Positions 47,901-58,300 of a DNA stretch of 64,000 nt are shown here, one piece after another. Numbering within the stretch: position 1 is the first letter of the stretch; each line of letters starts with the position of its first letter. The notes under the pieces are model-generated. The model had not been told where the DNA came from. It ran no database searches and worked only from the letters and a program-made list of their open reading frames with translations. The stretch is taken from IMG/VR virus record IMGVR_UViG_3300043394_000609; one strand, given 5' to 3'. The DNA comes from a virus. Taxonomy: Duplodnaviria; Caudoviricetes. The position numbers were made by a program, and so were the translations under genes.

Positions 47901-49730
47901 TTAATCGTTTAATATATCGTTCAGTTTATTTTCTATTTCATAAATATTCTGTTGTGCTTTTTCTAGATTAAATAAATCACCTAAATTTTCGCTTTCACCT
48001 AACATTCCTAATAGTTTGCTTTTTTTAGTCTCACTTAATGGTTCTGCTTCACCACCACCTGCCGGCGGTTCTGGTGCGCTAATTGGTGGTGCTCCACCAC
48101 CCATATCCATGTCTGCGCCTTCTTCACCACCTACGGCACCCGCAGCGGCCGCTTCAATTTTTGCACGTTCATCTTCTGATATACCGTATTTAGCATCGAC
48201 TTCATCAAATACCCCAGATCTTCTAATAATAGTGTTTGTTGTTGTTAATTCAGCCCCCATTGCTCTTTCAAGACGTTGTTGTTGTAAATCTAACAAAACT
48301 TCATTATCACTAAATCCAAGAATGTTTTTCTTAGCCCAAGTATGCGATACTGGTAAGATACCAATTTGAGATTGATCCGAAGTGGCATCTTTATACAATG
48401 TGATTTTCTCTTTCCATTGTTCAATTCTTAATAAATCAGATTGTGCAGATGGATTAGTTAAACCTAATGTAAAATTATTTAATTCATCTTCTAATCCAAG
48501 CATATAAAGATGCACTAATGCTATCTTATTTAATTCTTGAATTAATGATTTTTGTATTCTATTAATTGTTCTAGCAAAACGGATATCCATTAATGCTAAA
48601 TTTTTACCATCACCAACAACTTCTTCAAATCCTAAGAATGCTTTTGGTATACGAAGTGCCGCTAATAGTTTCTTTTGGATGTATTCGATATCTGTAATCT
48701 CACCTAAATTTTGTGCACCAGGTAATGTTTCAATTGGACTAGCTGCACTTTGATCACGAACTGGTATGAAATAATCTTGATCAACAGCCATTTGGTTATA
48801 TCTCATGTCCACTTGACCATTTCTCTGATCTACCACTTGATCACGTTTAAATTTATTTGCTACACGTTGCACATATGGTTCAATGTCTTTATCGTCCATA
48901 TTACCAACGAAAATTTTAAATACACGTCTTTCAGGTGCTCTAGATGTTCTATAAATTAACATAGCATCTTCAGCCAATAAAAGTTGTTTCCAGATTCTTC
49001 TTATCTTATCCAACATAGAAGTACCGTATGGTAATTTTCTATCGTCACCTAATAATCTAAAGTGACCAATTTCCCATGCTTGAAATTCCATATCTTTGTT
49101 CTTCCAAGTAAAACGTAATTCTTTTGTTGGCATCTTCATTACATTATCACCTTGGTTAGGTGATTTTGATTGTGCCCCTTCCCATCGTTCGATTTCAATG
49201 TTTGGTAATTGATGACAGCCAATAACACCTTTCTCTGGATCAATTTTTAAATAAACAAAGTTATCACCATACTTACACATGTTTCTTGCCCACATTTGTA
49301 AATTGGTGTTGATATCCAATTGATTTTCGAATAGATCAATTAATATGTTTTTAACTCTTGTTGATTCTGAATAGATGTTTAGAATATGTCCCTTTTCAGA
49401 CATAGTTGTTGATTCTTCACCATAAATGTCTAATGCCGCAGAAATCTCCGGTGTAAATTCCATGGATTCATAATCATAGTATGCTGATAATCTATTTGGT
49501 TCATAATATACCGATTGGTTATATAATGAATTGTCTAGTTTTGCCCATTTATCAAATAGGAACTGACTTTGTTGCGCTTGTAATTTGGTTTTTTCGAATT
49601 CAACAGGATCGTCAGTTCTTAATAATTCTTCTCTAGAAAAATTAAATGAAGGTGGGGCCTGTTGTCCTCTGTTTTGAAACCCAAATATTTGCGTTAACTT
49701 CTGAAATACTGTTAAGTCTTGATTTGCCAT
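47901..49730 (-). CDS. Portal protein (T4 gp20-like)
   Basis: EDAMLIYRTSRAPERRVF..FVGN, DYFIP.R, IETLPG.QNL..I.DIEY...KL..AL..P and RF.R.I.R motifs. Confidence 0.95.
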   Translation of the reverse strand: MANQDLTVFQKLTQIFGFQNRGQQAPPSFNFSREELLRTDDPVEFEKTKLQAQQSQFLFDKWAKLDNSLYNQSVYYEPNRLSAYYDYESMEFTPEISAALDIYGEESTTMSEKGHILNIYSESTRVKNILIDLFENQLDINTNLQMWARNMCKYGDNFVYLKIDPEKGVIGCHQLPNIEIERWEGAQSKSPNQGDNVMKMPTKELRFTWKNKDMEFQAWEIGHFRLLGDDRKLPYGTSMLDKIRRIWKQLLLAEDAMLIYRTSRAPERRVFKIFVGNMDDKDIEPYVQRVANKFKRDQVVDQRNGQVDMRYNQMAVDQDYFIPVRDQSAASPIETLPGAQNLGEITDIEYIQKKLLAALRIPKAFLGFEEVVGDGKNLALMDIRFARTINRIQKSLIQELNKIALVHLYMLGLEDELNNFTLGLTNPSAQSDLLRIEQWKEKITLYKDATSDQSQIGILPVSHTWAKKNILGFSDNEVLLDLQQQRLERAMGAELTTTNTIIRRSGVFDEVDAKYGISEDERAKIEAAAAGAVGGEEGADMDMGGGAPPISAPEPPAGGGEAEPLSETKKSKLLGMLGESENLGDLFNLEKAQQNIYEIENKLNDILND

Positions 49731-49778
49731 ATGATATAAATACTTTCTTTATTAATCTAATTAAAAATAACGGTTAAA

Positions 49779-51557
49779 TCAACCTTTTTTTGTTTTGCCA
49801 TTAAATAGCCAAGAGTATTGTCCATATTGTTCTCTACTCGCTTGGTTAGTTGGTCTTGAATACGGCATACTATCCATAGCCATACCACCAATAGCATCAA
49901 AACTGGTACCATATGAATAAAACTCTTTACCTGCTTCATATGTTCTCTCAGACATCACCCAAGATTCCAACATGGCTTTATTTGCCGAATCATTTCTTTG
50001 TAATTGCGTGAACGATATATCACCAGCATATATTGCAATAGCCATTGCCATAATTAAATCATCATGTTGACCTTTCATGTGATTTGGTCTACCGTTGATG
50101 TAAACAAATGTGTTTAATTCATTTAATAATCTACTTGACCTAACAACAAAACCATGTCTTAATTCTTCTTCAAATGCTGAAACAATTTGTGTACGTTTAT
50201 TATTAAAATTAATCCCCGGTATTTTTTCGTTTATTTTTGAGTTATATTCCCAGATGTTTTGTGTGTTGATACCATCATAGAACATACTCTTATATCCCAT
50301 TTCTTGTAATTTTCTTGATGTTGCAACACCCATACCACCCGTAATATCAATTACAATAAAACATTTGTATAATGTGCCCCATTTATATGCTATTGACGCT
50401 AAATCATCCGGCGGTATTTTACCGAGATATTCTAATACCTGACATTTCTCGTCAAAGTTGATAATGATGATAGATGAAAAATCTTCACTATCCCCCCTAC
50501 TAACATCGACCCCCATAATATAACGACAACCTTCTTTTGGTTCATCCCACATCCAAAGTGTACCTTGCATGTATTTTTCTTTGGGGTGTTTTATCATGGT
50601 TTTTGATATTCGTTCCATTGTTTCCCCAGGAATAACACTATCCCCGGATCCCAAGAAGTCACATTCAAGCTCTTGCGCAATCTTACGTTTGTCATACTTG
50701 AATTTCTTCGCCATTGATTCAAACCAACTAGAATATGGTGTATATCCATCTGCAATTAATTCTTCGTATTTTTCAATATCAAAATCTCGTAGTATTACTT
50801 CACTATCGTTATATTGTTCTCGATTTAACATATAATGGACAATATCCGGCACTTTAATCCAACATAAGTCTTTTGTGTAACGTGGATCTTTAAACCATCT
50901 TAAATCCGTTATATGAAAGTCATTGATTCCTCTTTGTGCTTGTTCATAAACACCATAATAAATTGGGTCATATCCATTTGGTGTTGAAATCAAAATAATT
51001 TTACCCCCGGTTGATAGGGATGCCATAGACGCTGCCCAGAAATCTTCACCGGCCTCAATATATGCGGCCTCGTCAAATACAAGTATGGTTGGTGTATAAC
51101 CACGCAAGGCATCGGCAGATGTTGCAACGGCTTTAACTTCACATCCATTATTTAGTCTAAAACGACTTTCAGAGTTTTTATCAGGTGAGAAACCAACATT
51201 AATCCATTCAGGCCATTGTTCTAAAAAGTGTCTTACTTTATTTGCCATCTCAATCGCAGTATCACGTTTATTGGCAATAATCAAAACTCTTTCTGGTTCG
51301 GTGTCTTTTGCTGTTTGTAATTTTTTTGATATCCAGGCCGCCGTTACTGTAGAAACCCCAGCCTGTCTATATTTTCTAGTGATATTCTCATTGTAATTCT
51401 CGTAATCTTGAATTAATTGTTCTTGATCCGGGAATAACACTAATGGTACATATTTTTTTTGTGTGTTGTCATATGTTGTTAGATAAGTCCTCAATGCATA
51501 TGGTGCATCTTTGATAATCTTAGCATATTCCTTTAATTGTTCTATTTTACTATTCAT
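49779..51557 (-). CDS. terL: Terminase large subunit (T4 gp17-like)
   Basis: RQAGVST, FDEAA, ISTPNG, QELEC.F.GS, GVDVSRG and HDDLIMA; likely start at ATG 51557. Confidence 0.95.
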   Translation of the reverse strand: MNSKIEQLKEYAKIIKDAPYALRTYLTTYDNTQKKYVPLVLFPDQEQLIQDYENYNENITRKYRQAGVSTVTAAWISKKLQTAKDTEPERVLIIANKRDTAIEMANKVRHFLEQWPEWINVGFSPDKNSESRFRLNNGCEVKAVATSADALRGYTPTILVFDEAAYIEAGEDFWAASMASLSTGGKIILISTPNGYDPIYYGVYEQAQRGINDFHITDLRWFKDPRYTKDLCWIKVPDIVHYMLNREQYNDSEVILRDFDIEKYEELIADGYTPYSSWFESMAKKFKYDKRKIAQELECDFLGSGDSVIPGETMERISKTMIKHPKEKYMQGTLWMWDEPKEGCRYIMGVDVSRGDSEDFSSIIIINFDEKCQVLEYLGKIPPDDLASIAYKWGTLYKCFIVIDITGGMGVATSRKLQEMGYKSMFYDGINTQNIWEYNSKINEKIPGINFNNKRTQIVSAFEEELRHGFVVRSSRLLNELNTFVYINGRPNHMKGQHDDLIMAMAIAIYAGDISFTQLQRNDSANKAMLESWVMSERTYEAGKEFYSYGTSFDAIGGMAMDSMPYSRPTNQASREQYGQYSWLFNGKTKKG

Positions 51558-51573
51558 AAGTCTTAAAGATAAA

Positions 51574-51597
51574 AAAGGTGTCGAATTCGACACCTTT
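51574..51597 (-). terminator. Perfect 24-bp palindrome / terminator just upstream of terL
   Basis: AAAGGTGTCGAATTCGACACCTTT with a T run on the minus strand. Confidence 0.7.
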
Positions 51598-51604
51598 AAG
51601 TTTA

Positions 51605-52927
51605 TTAGTCATCATCATTTGACCTTCCGATGCCGAGGCTACTTAGAAAGTCATCAAGACCATCCTCGTCCTCATTTTCGGCAGTTGTATTTAAGTCCTC
51701 ATCAAATTTATTCATTGCCTCTTCATAATCGTAATCATTCAACATTTGATTAATCCCTTGACTTAATTCGGCCATTAATCGTTTACCTGTTGAGCTACCG
51801 CTTAAAAGTTCTTTCATAAACACTAAAAATTCTTTTGGTGGTTTACTAACAATATGTTGGAAAAAAATTAATTGTAATTCTTTTTTGTTTTCGTCTGTTA
51901 ACACCTCTTCAGGTAAACTTTCTCTAACTATGTCCCATATTGCAGGACCTAATCGTAAATCCCATAATTCTTTATCAACCTTATCTTCAGCATCAATTAC
52001 ACGTTGTGCCATATCTCTATCTTTAGGTAAACCATGTAATCCTGCTACGACTTCTTTTGTTCCCTTAATTAATTCATGAACTAAAATTGGAAAGTTAATT
52101 GCGGTCGCGTATACTTTAGGTGGATTGGAATTTAAATCAACTCTCTCTTTACCCCCAGCACTTGCTTGTCCACCACCAGCACCGCCAATCAAAGATGATA
52201 AATTTCTGTTACTAATTTGCCATAAATTAGAATTTGATATTGACATTAAAATACCGTATAGATTAATTAATTCATCAGATCCGGTAATTTCGGATAGTTC
52301 TTGATCTACTAAATGAAACATATAGTGACCTCTTTCTGACGATCCAGCCATCATGGCGTTTATTAAACGTCTTTTTGCTCGTTCTAAATTAAACGATTCC
52401 AAATCATTAAAAAGTTCTTTTTCTATTTCAACTTCTTCTTCAGTTTCTGGACCTTCATTAGGTGAAGTTGAACTAAAACCACTATTATCTGGCATATCAA
52501 TTTTAGCTTCATATTCGATATCACCTTCTTGTATACCAAATTCTTTCATCACTAATTGAAGAGCTAACCTAGCTAATTCTTCTCTATGTGCACCTTCAAT
52601 TTGATTTACTTTAATTGCCGCTCTTTGCATTAATTTGTTTAACTCAAATCCTCGTTGATCTTCACCACGTCCAACAGACCCACCAGTATAACGTTGTACA
52701 TTGCTAACAATGTTTTTATAACTTTTAGAGGCTAAAAATTCTTCAAAGTTAGTATGTGGTTCTTCAGTGTCTTTAGGGAAGTTCACTTTTTTCATGGCAG
52801 TATTCCTGTTTGCAAGATCTGTTTGTACATCTTGGTGTGGTCTACTATCATCTGTATCAAATTTCATTGGCATCTCAGTAAGATTTTTCTTTATAGCCAA
52901 TAATATGTCTTTTTTTTGTAATTTCAT
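51605..52927 (-). CDS. Hypothetical head-cluster protein
   Basis: 440 aa; N-terminal leader ending 'LTE'; 'VHELIKG..E' is HExxK, not HExxH. Confidence 0.6.
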   Translation of the reverse strand: MKLQKKDILLAIKKNLTEMPMKFDTDDSRPHQDVQTDLANRNTAMKKVNFPKDTEEPHTNFEEFLASKSYKNIVSNVQRYTGGSVGRGEDQRGFELNKLMQRAAIKVNQIEGAHREELARLALQLVMKEFGIQEGDIEYEAKIDMPDNSGFSSTSPNEGPETEEEVEIEKELFNDLESFNLERAKRRLINAMMAGSSERGHYMFHLVDQELSEITGSDELINLYGILMSISNSNLWQISNRNLSSLIGGAGGGQASAGGKERVDLNSNPPKVYATAINFPILVHELIKGTKEVVAGLHGLPKDRDMAQRVIDAEDKVDKELWDLRLGPAIWDIVRESLPEEVLTDENKKELQLIFFQHIVSKPPKEFLVFMKELLSGSSTGKRLMAELSQGINQMLNDYDYEEAMNKFDEDLNTTAENEDEDGLDDFLSSLGIGRSNDDD

Positions 52928-52935
52928 ATGTTTGG

Positions 52936-53604
52936 TTATTCAGCTGCCATTTTAATTTTATTTGTTGGTTTTAAAGATACTACTTTAGAATCTTTAGCTT
53001 TTGGTTTTGGGTTAACTAATGGTTGTTGTCCAGGTGTTTTATCTGGGTTTCTAAATGGACTCTTTCTTGGGTTTTCACTTGGTTCTTTCTCTCTAGTCGG
53101 TCTTTCTCTTGTTGGAGTTTCTCTCCTTGTTGGTGCTTCAGATGGTTGTCCCGCATCCGTAATAGCATCGTAAGTCATAAATTCTGGAATACCATTATGC
53201 CCTTTTTTCGCTTTAGCTGGCATTGGAACCATTGATTCATTTTCAGCTAATTTTGTTTTAATAGCTTCCATAACATCACCTTTAGTTGCCACCGCATGAT
53301 AATTCTTTTCAATTACGGTTTTAACCCATTCATTAATACTAGCAACATCTTTAACGTCATCGATTGCTAATTCATCCTCTTCAATTTCTTCTTCTTCTTC
53401 TTCATATGTTTCAATTGTTTTCTTAGCTTTTTTTGCTGCATCTAAATCAGCTGCGTATGTTGGGCTAGTTTTTGAAATCATAACACTTTCTTCATTAAGA
53501 ATTTTGGCGGCTAATTTATTTAATTGTGTATCATTAAATTTAACCAATGTTTTTTCAGAAAAACCTTCTTTGATTAATCTTTCTACTATTTCGTTTCTTT
53601 TCAT
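52936..53604 (-). CDS. Hypothetical protein, probable prohead core component
   Basis: LNE/INE sites, acidic stretch and a Pro/Arg-rich C-terminus with PTRE repeats. Confidence 0.55.
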   Translation of the reverse strand: MKRNEIVERLIKEGFSEKTLVKFNDTQLNKLAAKILNEESVMISKTSPTYAADLDAAKKAKKTIETYEEEEEEIEEDELAIDDVKDVASINEWVKTVIEKNYHAVATKGDVMEAIKTKLAENESMVPMPAKAKKGHNGIPEFMTYDAITDAGQPSEAPTRRETPTRERPTREKEPSENPRKSPFRNPDKTPGQQPLVNPKPKAKDSKVVSLKPTNKIKMAAE

Positions 53605-53605
53605 T

Positions 53606-54007
53606 TTATTTTAATTTGTATGTTATTTCTTCGTTTATTAATCTAGCGCCTTTAGTTGCTAATTTTTCAGTGACACTTTCTAATGTTTCTCCAAAATGAA
53701 AAGAAACCCTTACAGGTCTCTCTTCGGATTCTATATCAAATGCTTCCCATCCTAACGCAACAATTCCATCTACAGCATCTATCACTCCAAAGTAATCTGA
53801 ATTTTGAACCAATTCAAATTTTAATTCAGTGTTTTTTAATAGACCAACTAAATCAATATCTTCAATTTCTGGTGGAACCGATCTACCGGCAGAAGGGATT
53901 ATAAACCATTCTTCAACTAATGCTTCTGAATCCTTACCAAAGATAAATTCATATTGGTTTTGACCCTTATAGTCTTGACCCAGTTCATTAATATAAAGTA
54001 GGTACAT
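53606..54007 (-). CDS. Hypothetical protein
   Basis: Open ORF whose start overlaps the upstream stop. Confidence 0.6.
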   Translation of the reverse strand: MYLLYINELGQDYKGQNQYEFIFGKDSEALVEEWFIIPSAGRSVPPEIEDIDLVGLLKNTELKFELVQNSDYFGVIDAVDGIVALGWEAFDIESEERPVRVSFHFGETLESVTEKLATKGARLINEEITYKLK

Positions 54008-55020
54008 TATTCAAAATATTTACTTAATGTTGTTTTGATTGATTCATTAATACCATCCAATTCAGGGGTGATATCAATTTCTTCTTCCTCTTCATCTTCA
54101 TCGTCAATAAACGAGTCGAATTCTGGTTCGTCTTCTGAAGCGAATTCCTGATCATATTCGTTTAGTTCAGTTTCTTCTTCCTCTTCACCAAATTTAGAAT
54201 TAATTAATTCTTCCAATTTAGACATTCTTTCTGCTAAATCATCTTCTGGAGCCAATTCTTCTGGTGTTTCATCGTCAGCTGGCATTTCATTACCTTCTTC
54301 TTCATCACGTTCAAATTTCTTAGCGATTTCTTCAATATCATCAAAATCCAATTTATCTAAATCAACTGCAGAAATGATCATATTAAGAACATACTTAATA
54401 TCATCACTTTCCATACGATCTTGTTGATCTCTAAGTTCTTGACCTAATTTACCTGAGTATTTTTGTACTTCGGCCATATAACTTGATCTTTTACCACCTT
54501 CATCGGAATCAGAGCTTAATTCATCATCTGTTGATATTGGTGCACTATCATCTGAAGGTAAACTATCATCTGAAGGTAATTCGCTATCTGCTGCCGGAGC
54601 TTCTGGAGCTACAGGAGCTGGTGCTGGCATTGAATCTAATTCTGGTGCTACTGGAGCAGCTTCACCTTTAGGCTTATTTTGTTTTAAAACATATTTGGTT
54701 GCATCTTCATTAAGCTCTTGGCCACTTAAAAGGTCCATTCTTTTTAATGCTTCTGAATAAGAATTAAATTTGTTTTTGTTTTTCATGAACATACCACCGA
54801 TATAATCAAGAGTACTTTCATTTAAACCTTTCTTCACATAGTAACCGTCTTTTTCTTTTACGATACCATATACACCGTTAGTACTTTCTTTAACTAATTC
54901 GGCTTTAATGCCATTATTGTTGTTTGTTTTCTTTTCATTAAAGTATGTAAGTTCTAGGATACGGTTTAATTTTTCATTACCGCCTAACTTCTCACTACCT
55001 AAAGGTTTTAATTCTCCCAT
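54007..55020 (-). CDS. Acidic probable prohead core protein
   Basis: Very acidic C-terminal half, LNE/INE sites and the late motif at 55055-55062. Confidence 0.55.
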   Translation of the reverse strand: MGELKPLGSEKLGGNEKLNRILELTYFNEKKTNNNNGIKAELVKESTNGVYGIVKEKDGYYVKKGLNESTLDYIGGMFMKNKNKFNSYSEALKRMDLLSGQELNEDATKYVLKQNKPKGEAAPVAPELDSMPAPAPVAPEAPAADSELPSDDSLPSDDSAPISTDDELSSDSDEGGKRSSYMAEVQKYSGKLGQELRDQQDRMESDDIKYVLNMIISAVDLDKLDFDDIEEIAKKFERDEEEGNEMPADDETPEELAPEDDLAERMSKLEELINSKFGEEEEETELNEYDQEFASEDEPEFDSFIDDEDEEEEEIDITPELDGINESIKTTLSKYFE

Positions 55021-55093
55021 TGTTTTTAAATTAAAAATAAGCTTATTCTTATAGTATAAATACCGAATAAATGTAAAAAAATACAGTTATTAA

Positions 55094-55888
55094 TTATCTC
55101 AGAGATAATTTTTTATCGGTAATAGTGTTTTTCAGGTCCATTAATTTTTTAATATAACCATTTCGTCTCAATAATTTGAAGGTTAAATTCTCATAAGAGT
55201 ACTCCCCACCTTTTTCAAGACCACTTTGTCTAAATTTTTTTATTTTATCTTTTAGATCGTTTATTTGTTTTATTGTGTCGTCACTTTTACTTTCTTTCTC
55301 AATTAAAGAATCTATTTGTTTAGCAAAATATTCACCTTTTTCTAGGATTTTAGCTTCGTCAATATCTTCTTTATCTGGTGATGGGTTTACAACCCATTCA
55401 TTATGTAATACAGAATAAACACCAGAAGACACATGTGGTTCGTCGATATCTTGAACATAAAGTTCAACTTCAAAACCTTTTATGGTTACGTCATGTGTAT
55501 TGTTCCATAATTGTTTTTTACCGTCAAAGAAATCTTTAATGATTTTTTTAAATGCCGTTGAATCTATTTTTTTAGATGTTAATAGTTCATCCATATCAAC
55601 TAGTATATGTAAATCTACATCAGAATACTCTGACCAGTTATAATTAGATAATGACCCTGTTAATACCAAATCATGCACGAATACATCTAAATCCAAATAT
55701 TCAATAAACTCATCCGCAATTTCAGTTAGTTTATCTCTTATTTCTTTCTTCATTAGATACCCCTCATCAATTTTATCGAATATATCCAGACATAAAGTAT
55801 CCTTAGTCTTAAACGTATTCACAATTTTCTTGTCTTCTTTTGGATCAGACAATTCCATTAATTCATCGATTAGAGTCGTTGATTTCAT
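55094..55888 (-). CDS. DNA polymerase beta-superfamily nucleotidyltransferase
   Basis: hGS...DhD signature LTGSLSNYNWSEYSDVDLH; third acidic residue likely in VELY. Confidence 0.85.
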   Translation of the reverse strand: MKSTTLIDELMELSDPKEDKKIVNTFKTKDTLCLDIFDKIDEGYLMKKEIRDKLTEIADEFIEYLDLDVFVHDLVLTGSLSNYNWSEYSDVDLHILVDMDELLTSKKIDSTAFKKIIKDFFDGKKQLWNNTHDVTIKGFEVELYVQDIDEPHVSSGVYSVLHNEWVVNPSPDKEDIDEAKILEKGEYFAKQIDSLIEKESKSDDTIKQINDLKDKIKKFRQSGLEKGGEYSYENLTFKLLRRNGYIKKLMDLKNTITDKKLSLR

Positions 55889-56133
55889 TAATTTAGTTTT
55901 TTATGTACGTATTTTGTTTTAATGTGGGCGTTAAAGAATGCTCCCTGTGATTCACTCATTCTGAACTTAGTAAACAATTCCCACGGCACTCCCACATATT
56001 CATAAATACCACCATAATTAAATGTGATAACTAATATTGATGTTTCGGTGTTAAAACTAGCACCTTTAATGTTTGAAGACACAATATCAACGGATATAAC
56101 GCTTCCTTCTATTTTTTCTGATGTTATTGCCAT
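55888..56133 (-). CDS. KTSC-domain protein
   Basis: SSNI........L.I.F..G..YEY..VP......F..SES.G.FFN..IK..Y pattern. Confidence 0.9.
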   Translation of the reverse strand: MAITSEKIEGSVISVDIVSSNIKGASFNTETSILVITFNYGGIYEYVGVPWELFTKFRMSESQGAFFNAHIKTKYVHKKLN

Positions 56134-56181
56134 ATTCTAATATAGATCTTTTTATGAATTTTATAAATATTTCTAATAAAT

Positions 56182-56212
56182 TTTGTTCATGTTATTATTA
56201 TTTGTACGTTTG
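56182..56212 (+). promoter_or_regulatory. Bacteroidota-type sigma promoter for clpC
   Basis: Exact TTTG-N19-TACGTTTG. Confidence 0.7.
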
Positions 56213-56229
56213 TAAAAAAATAATAAGAT

Positions 56230-58242
56230 ATGTCAATACTAAACTATGAACCAGAGGAAGGCCCAAAAGCTAACCCTAGAAGTAAAAAACCAATGTCGAA
56301 CACACCTATTTTAGATAATTTCTCTAGGGATTTAATCAAAATGGCACAAGATGGTAAAATAGATCCAGTTGTAGGTAGAGACGTTGAAGTAAAAAGAATT
56401 GCTCAAATTTTATCTAGAAAGAAGAAAAACAATGCAGTTATTGTTGGAGATGCCGGTGTTGGTAAATCTGCTCTAGTTGAAAAGTTAGCTTTGATGATAA
56501 CAAATGGTGATTGTCCATCTAATTTATTAGATAAACGAATTGTTTCATTAGATTTAACTTCATTAGTTGCTGGAACCAAATATCGCGGACAATTCGAAGA
56601 AAGGATTAAAGCAATTCTACAAGAAGTTGAAGACAACCCAGATGTGATCATTTTTATTGATGAATTACATACAATGGTTGGTGCAGGTAATTCAAGCGGA
56701 TCTATGGATGCGGCTAACATTTTAAAACCAGCATTGGCTCGTGGTGAAATCCAATGTATTGGAGCAACAACGTTTGATGAGTTTAAGAAACATATCGAAA
56801 AAGATGCAGCATTGGTTAGACGTTTTCAAAAAATTATTTTGAAAGAACCAACTCAAGAAGAAACAATTGAAATATTAGAAAACCTATTACCATCATATCA
56901 AGAGTTTCATAGGGTTTCATATGAACCTGAAGTTGTTGAAACCGTTGTTAGATTATCTGGTAGATATATGACAGATAAACAATTCCCAGATAAAGCAATT
57001 GATGTTCTTGACGAATTAGGGTCTGAAAAACGCGTTATTATTAAGGTTCCGGAAGTAATTGAAAAATTAAAAGCCGAAATTTCTGAAATTAGAGAGCGTA
57101 AAATTCAAGTTGTTAAAACACAACAATATGAACAAGCAGCAACCCTAAGAGATGAAGAAAAGAAAGCGGAATTGAAGTTGGAAAAAGAGAAAGAGAAATG
57201 GTTAGATAACCAAAAAACAAACCTTATTCCAGTAACTGTTGATGATGTTTATGATATGGTATCATCAATTGTTGGTGTGCCGATTTCTAAAATGGACGCT
57301 AAAGAAGTAAATAATTTACTTACATTAGAAGAAAGTTTGGGTAAAAAAGTTATTGGTCAAGAAAATGCTATTTCAATCATTTCTAAAGCAATTAGAAGAA
57401 ATCGTGTTGGTATTAAAGATAGCAATAAACCAATTGGTTCATTTATCTTTTTAGGTTCTACTGGTGTTGGTAAAACATTTTTAGCTAGAACATTAGCTGA
57501 ACAAATTTTCGGGAATAAAGACAATGTAATCCGAGTTGACATGAGTGAATTCATGGAAAAACACGCAGTATCTAGATTAATTGGATCACCTCCGGGTTAT
57601 GTTGGTTATGAAGAAGGCGGTCAATTAACTGAAAAAGTTAAGAATAACCCATTTTCTGTTATTTTATTTGATGAAATAGAAAAAGCACATAAAGACGTAT
57701 TCAATCTATTACTTCAAATTTTAGATGAGGGACATTTAACAGATTCATTCGGTAGAAAAGTTAATTTTACAAATACATTGATTATTTTAACATCTAACGT
57801 TGGTGCTAAAAAAGTAAGTGAATTTGGTGGTGGTGTTGGTTTCAGCACAAATAGTTCAACTGAACAACAATATGAGGTTAAAAAGACAATGATACAAAAA
57901 TCATTGAAACAACAATTTAACCCAGAATTTTTAAATAGAATTGATGATGTGATTTTATTTAACACACTTCAAGAAGATTCATTGATGAAAATTGTTAAAT
58001 TAGAAGTTGATAAATTGGTGGTTAGATTAAAAGAAAAAAAGTTCGACATCACATTTGACGAAACTGTTTTGAAAGAGATAATTTCTAGAAATAAAGAAGA
58101 ACAATATGGTGCTAGACCAATAAAACGTATCATACAATCGTTATGTGAAGATTACTTAAGTGACGAGATATTAAGAGGTACAATTGTTGAGAACAAACCA
58201 GTTATAATTGAATTTAAAGACGAATTAGTGGTTAAATCATAA
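56230..58242 (+). CDS. clpC: ClpC-type AAA+ ATPase lacking the N-terminal Clp-repeat domain
   Basis: Two AAA modules (GDAGVGKS/IDELH and GSTGVGKT/FDEIEKAH), UVR-type middle domain (YEQAATLRD) and ClpP-docking loop VGF. Confidence 0.9.
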   Translation: MSILNYEPEEGPKANPRSKKPMSNTPILDNFSRDLIKMAQDGKIDPVVGRDVEVKRIAQILSRKKKNNAVIVGDAGVGKSALVEKLALMITNGDCPSNLLDKRIVSLDLTSLVAGTKYRGQFEERIKAILQEVEDNPDVIIFIDELHTMVGAGNSSGSMDAANILKPALARGEIQCIGATTFDEFKKHIEKDAALVRRFQKIILKEPTQEETIEILENLLPSYQEFHRVSYEPEVVETVVRLSGRYMTDKQFPDKAIDVLDELGSEKRVIIKVPEVIEKLKAEISEIRERKIQVVKTQQYEQAATLRDEEKKAELKLEKEKEKWLDNQKTNLIPVTVDDVYDMVSSIVGVPISKMDAKEVNNLLTLEESLGKKVIGQENAISIISKAIRRNRVGIKDSNKPIGSFIFLGSTGVGKTFLARTLAEQIFGNKDNVIRVDMSEFMEKHAVSRLIGSPPGYVGYEEGGQLTEKVKNNPFSVILFDEIEKAHKDVFNLLLQILDEGHLTDSFGRKVNFTNTLIILTSNVGAKKVSEFGGGVGFSTNSSTEQQYEVKKTMIQKSLKQQFNPEFLNRIDDVILFNTLQEDSLMKIVKLEVDKLVVRLKEKKFDITFDETVLKEIISRNKEEQYGARPIKRIIQSLCEDYLSDEILRGTIVENKPVIIEFKDELVVKS

Positions 58243-58300
58243 TTTTTCCCTGAAATTAGTATCAATATTTGGGTTTTTCTTAAAAACACATATATTTATA

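Noticed and set aside
13270-51557. Inteins or introns in polB, capsid, portal or terminase
   Set aside because: The ORFs are uninterrupted and of plausible length, with no intein splice-junction or LAGLIDADG/HNH signatures seen.
51605-52927. Zincin metalloprotease call from 'VHELIKG'
   Set aside because: The motif is HExxK and lacks the second His, so there is not enough support.
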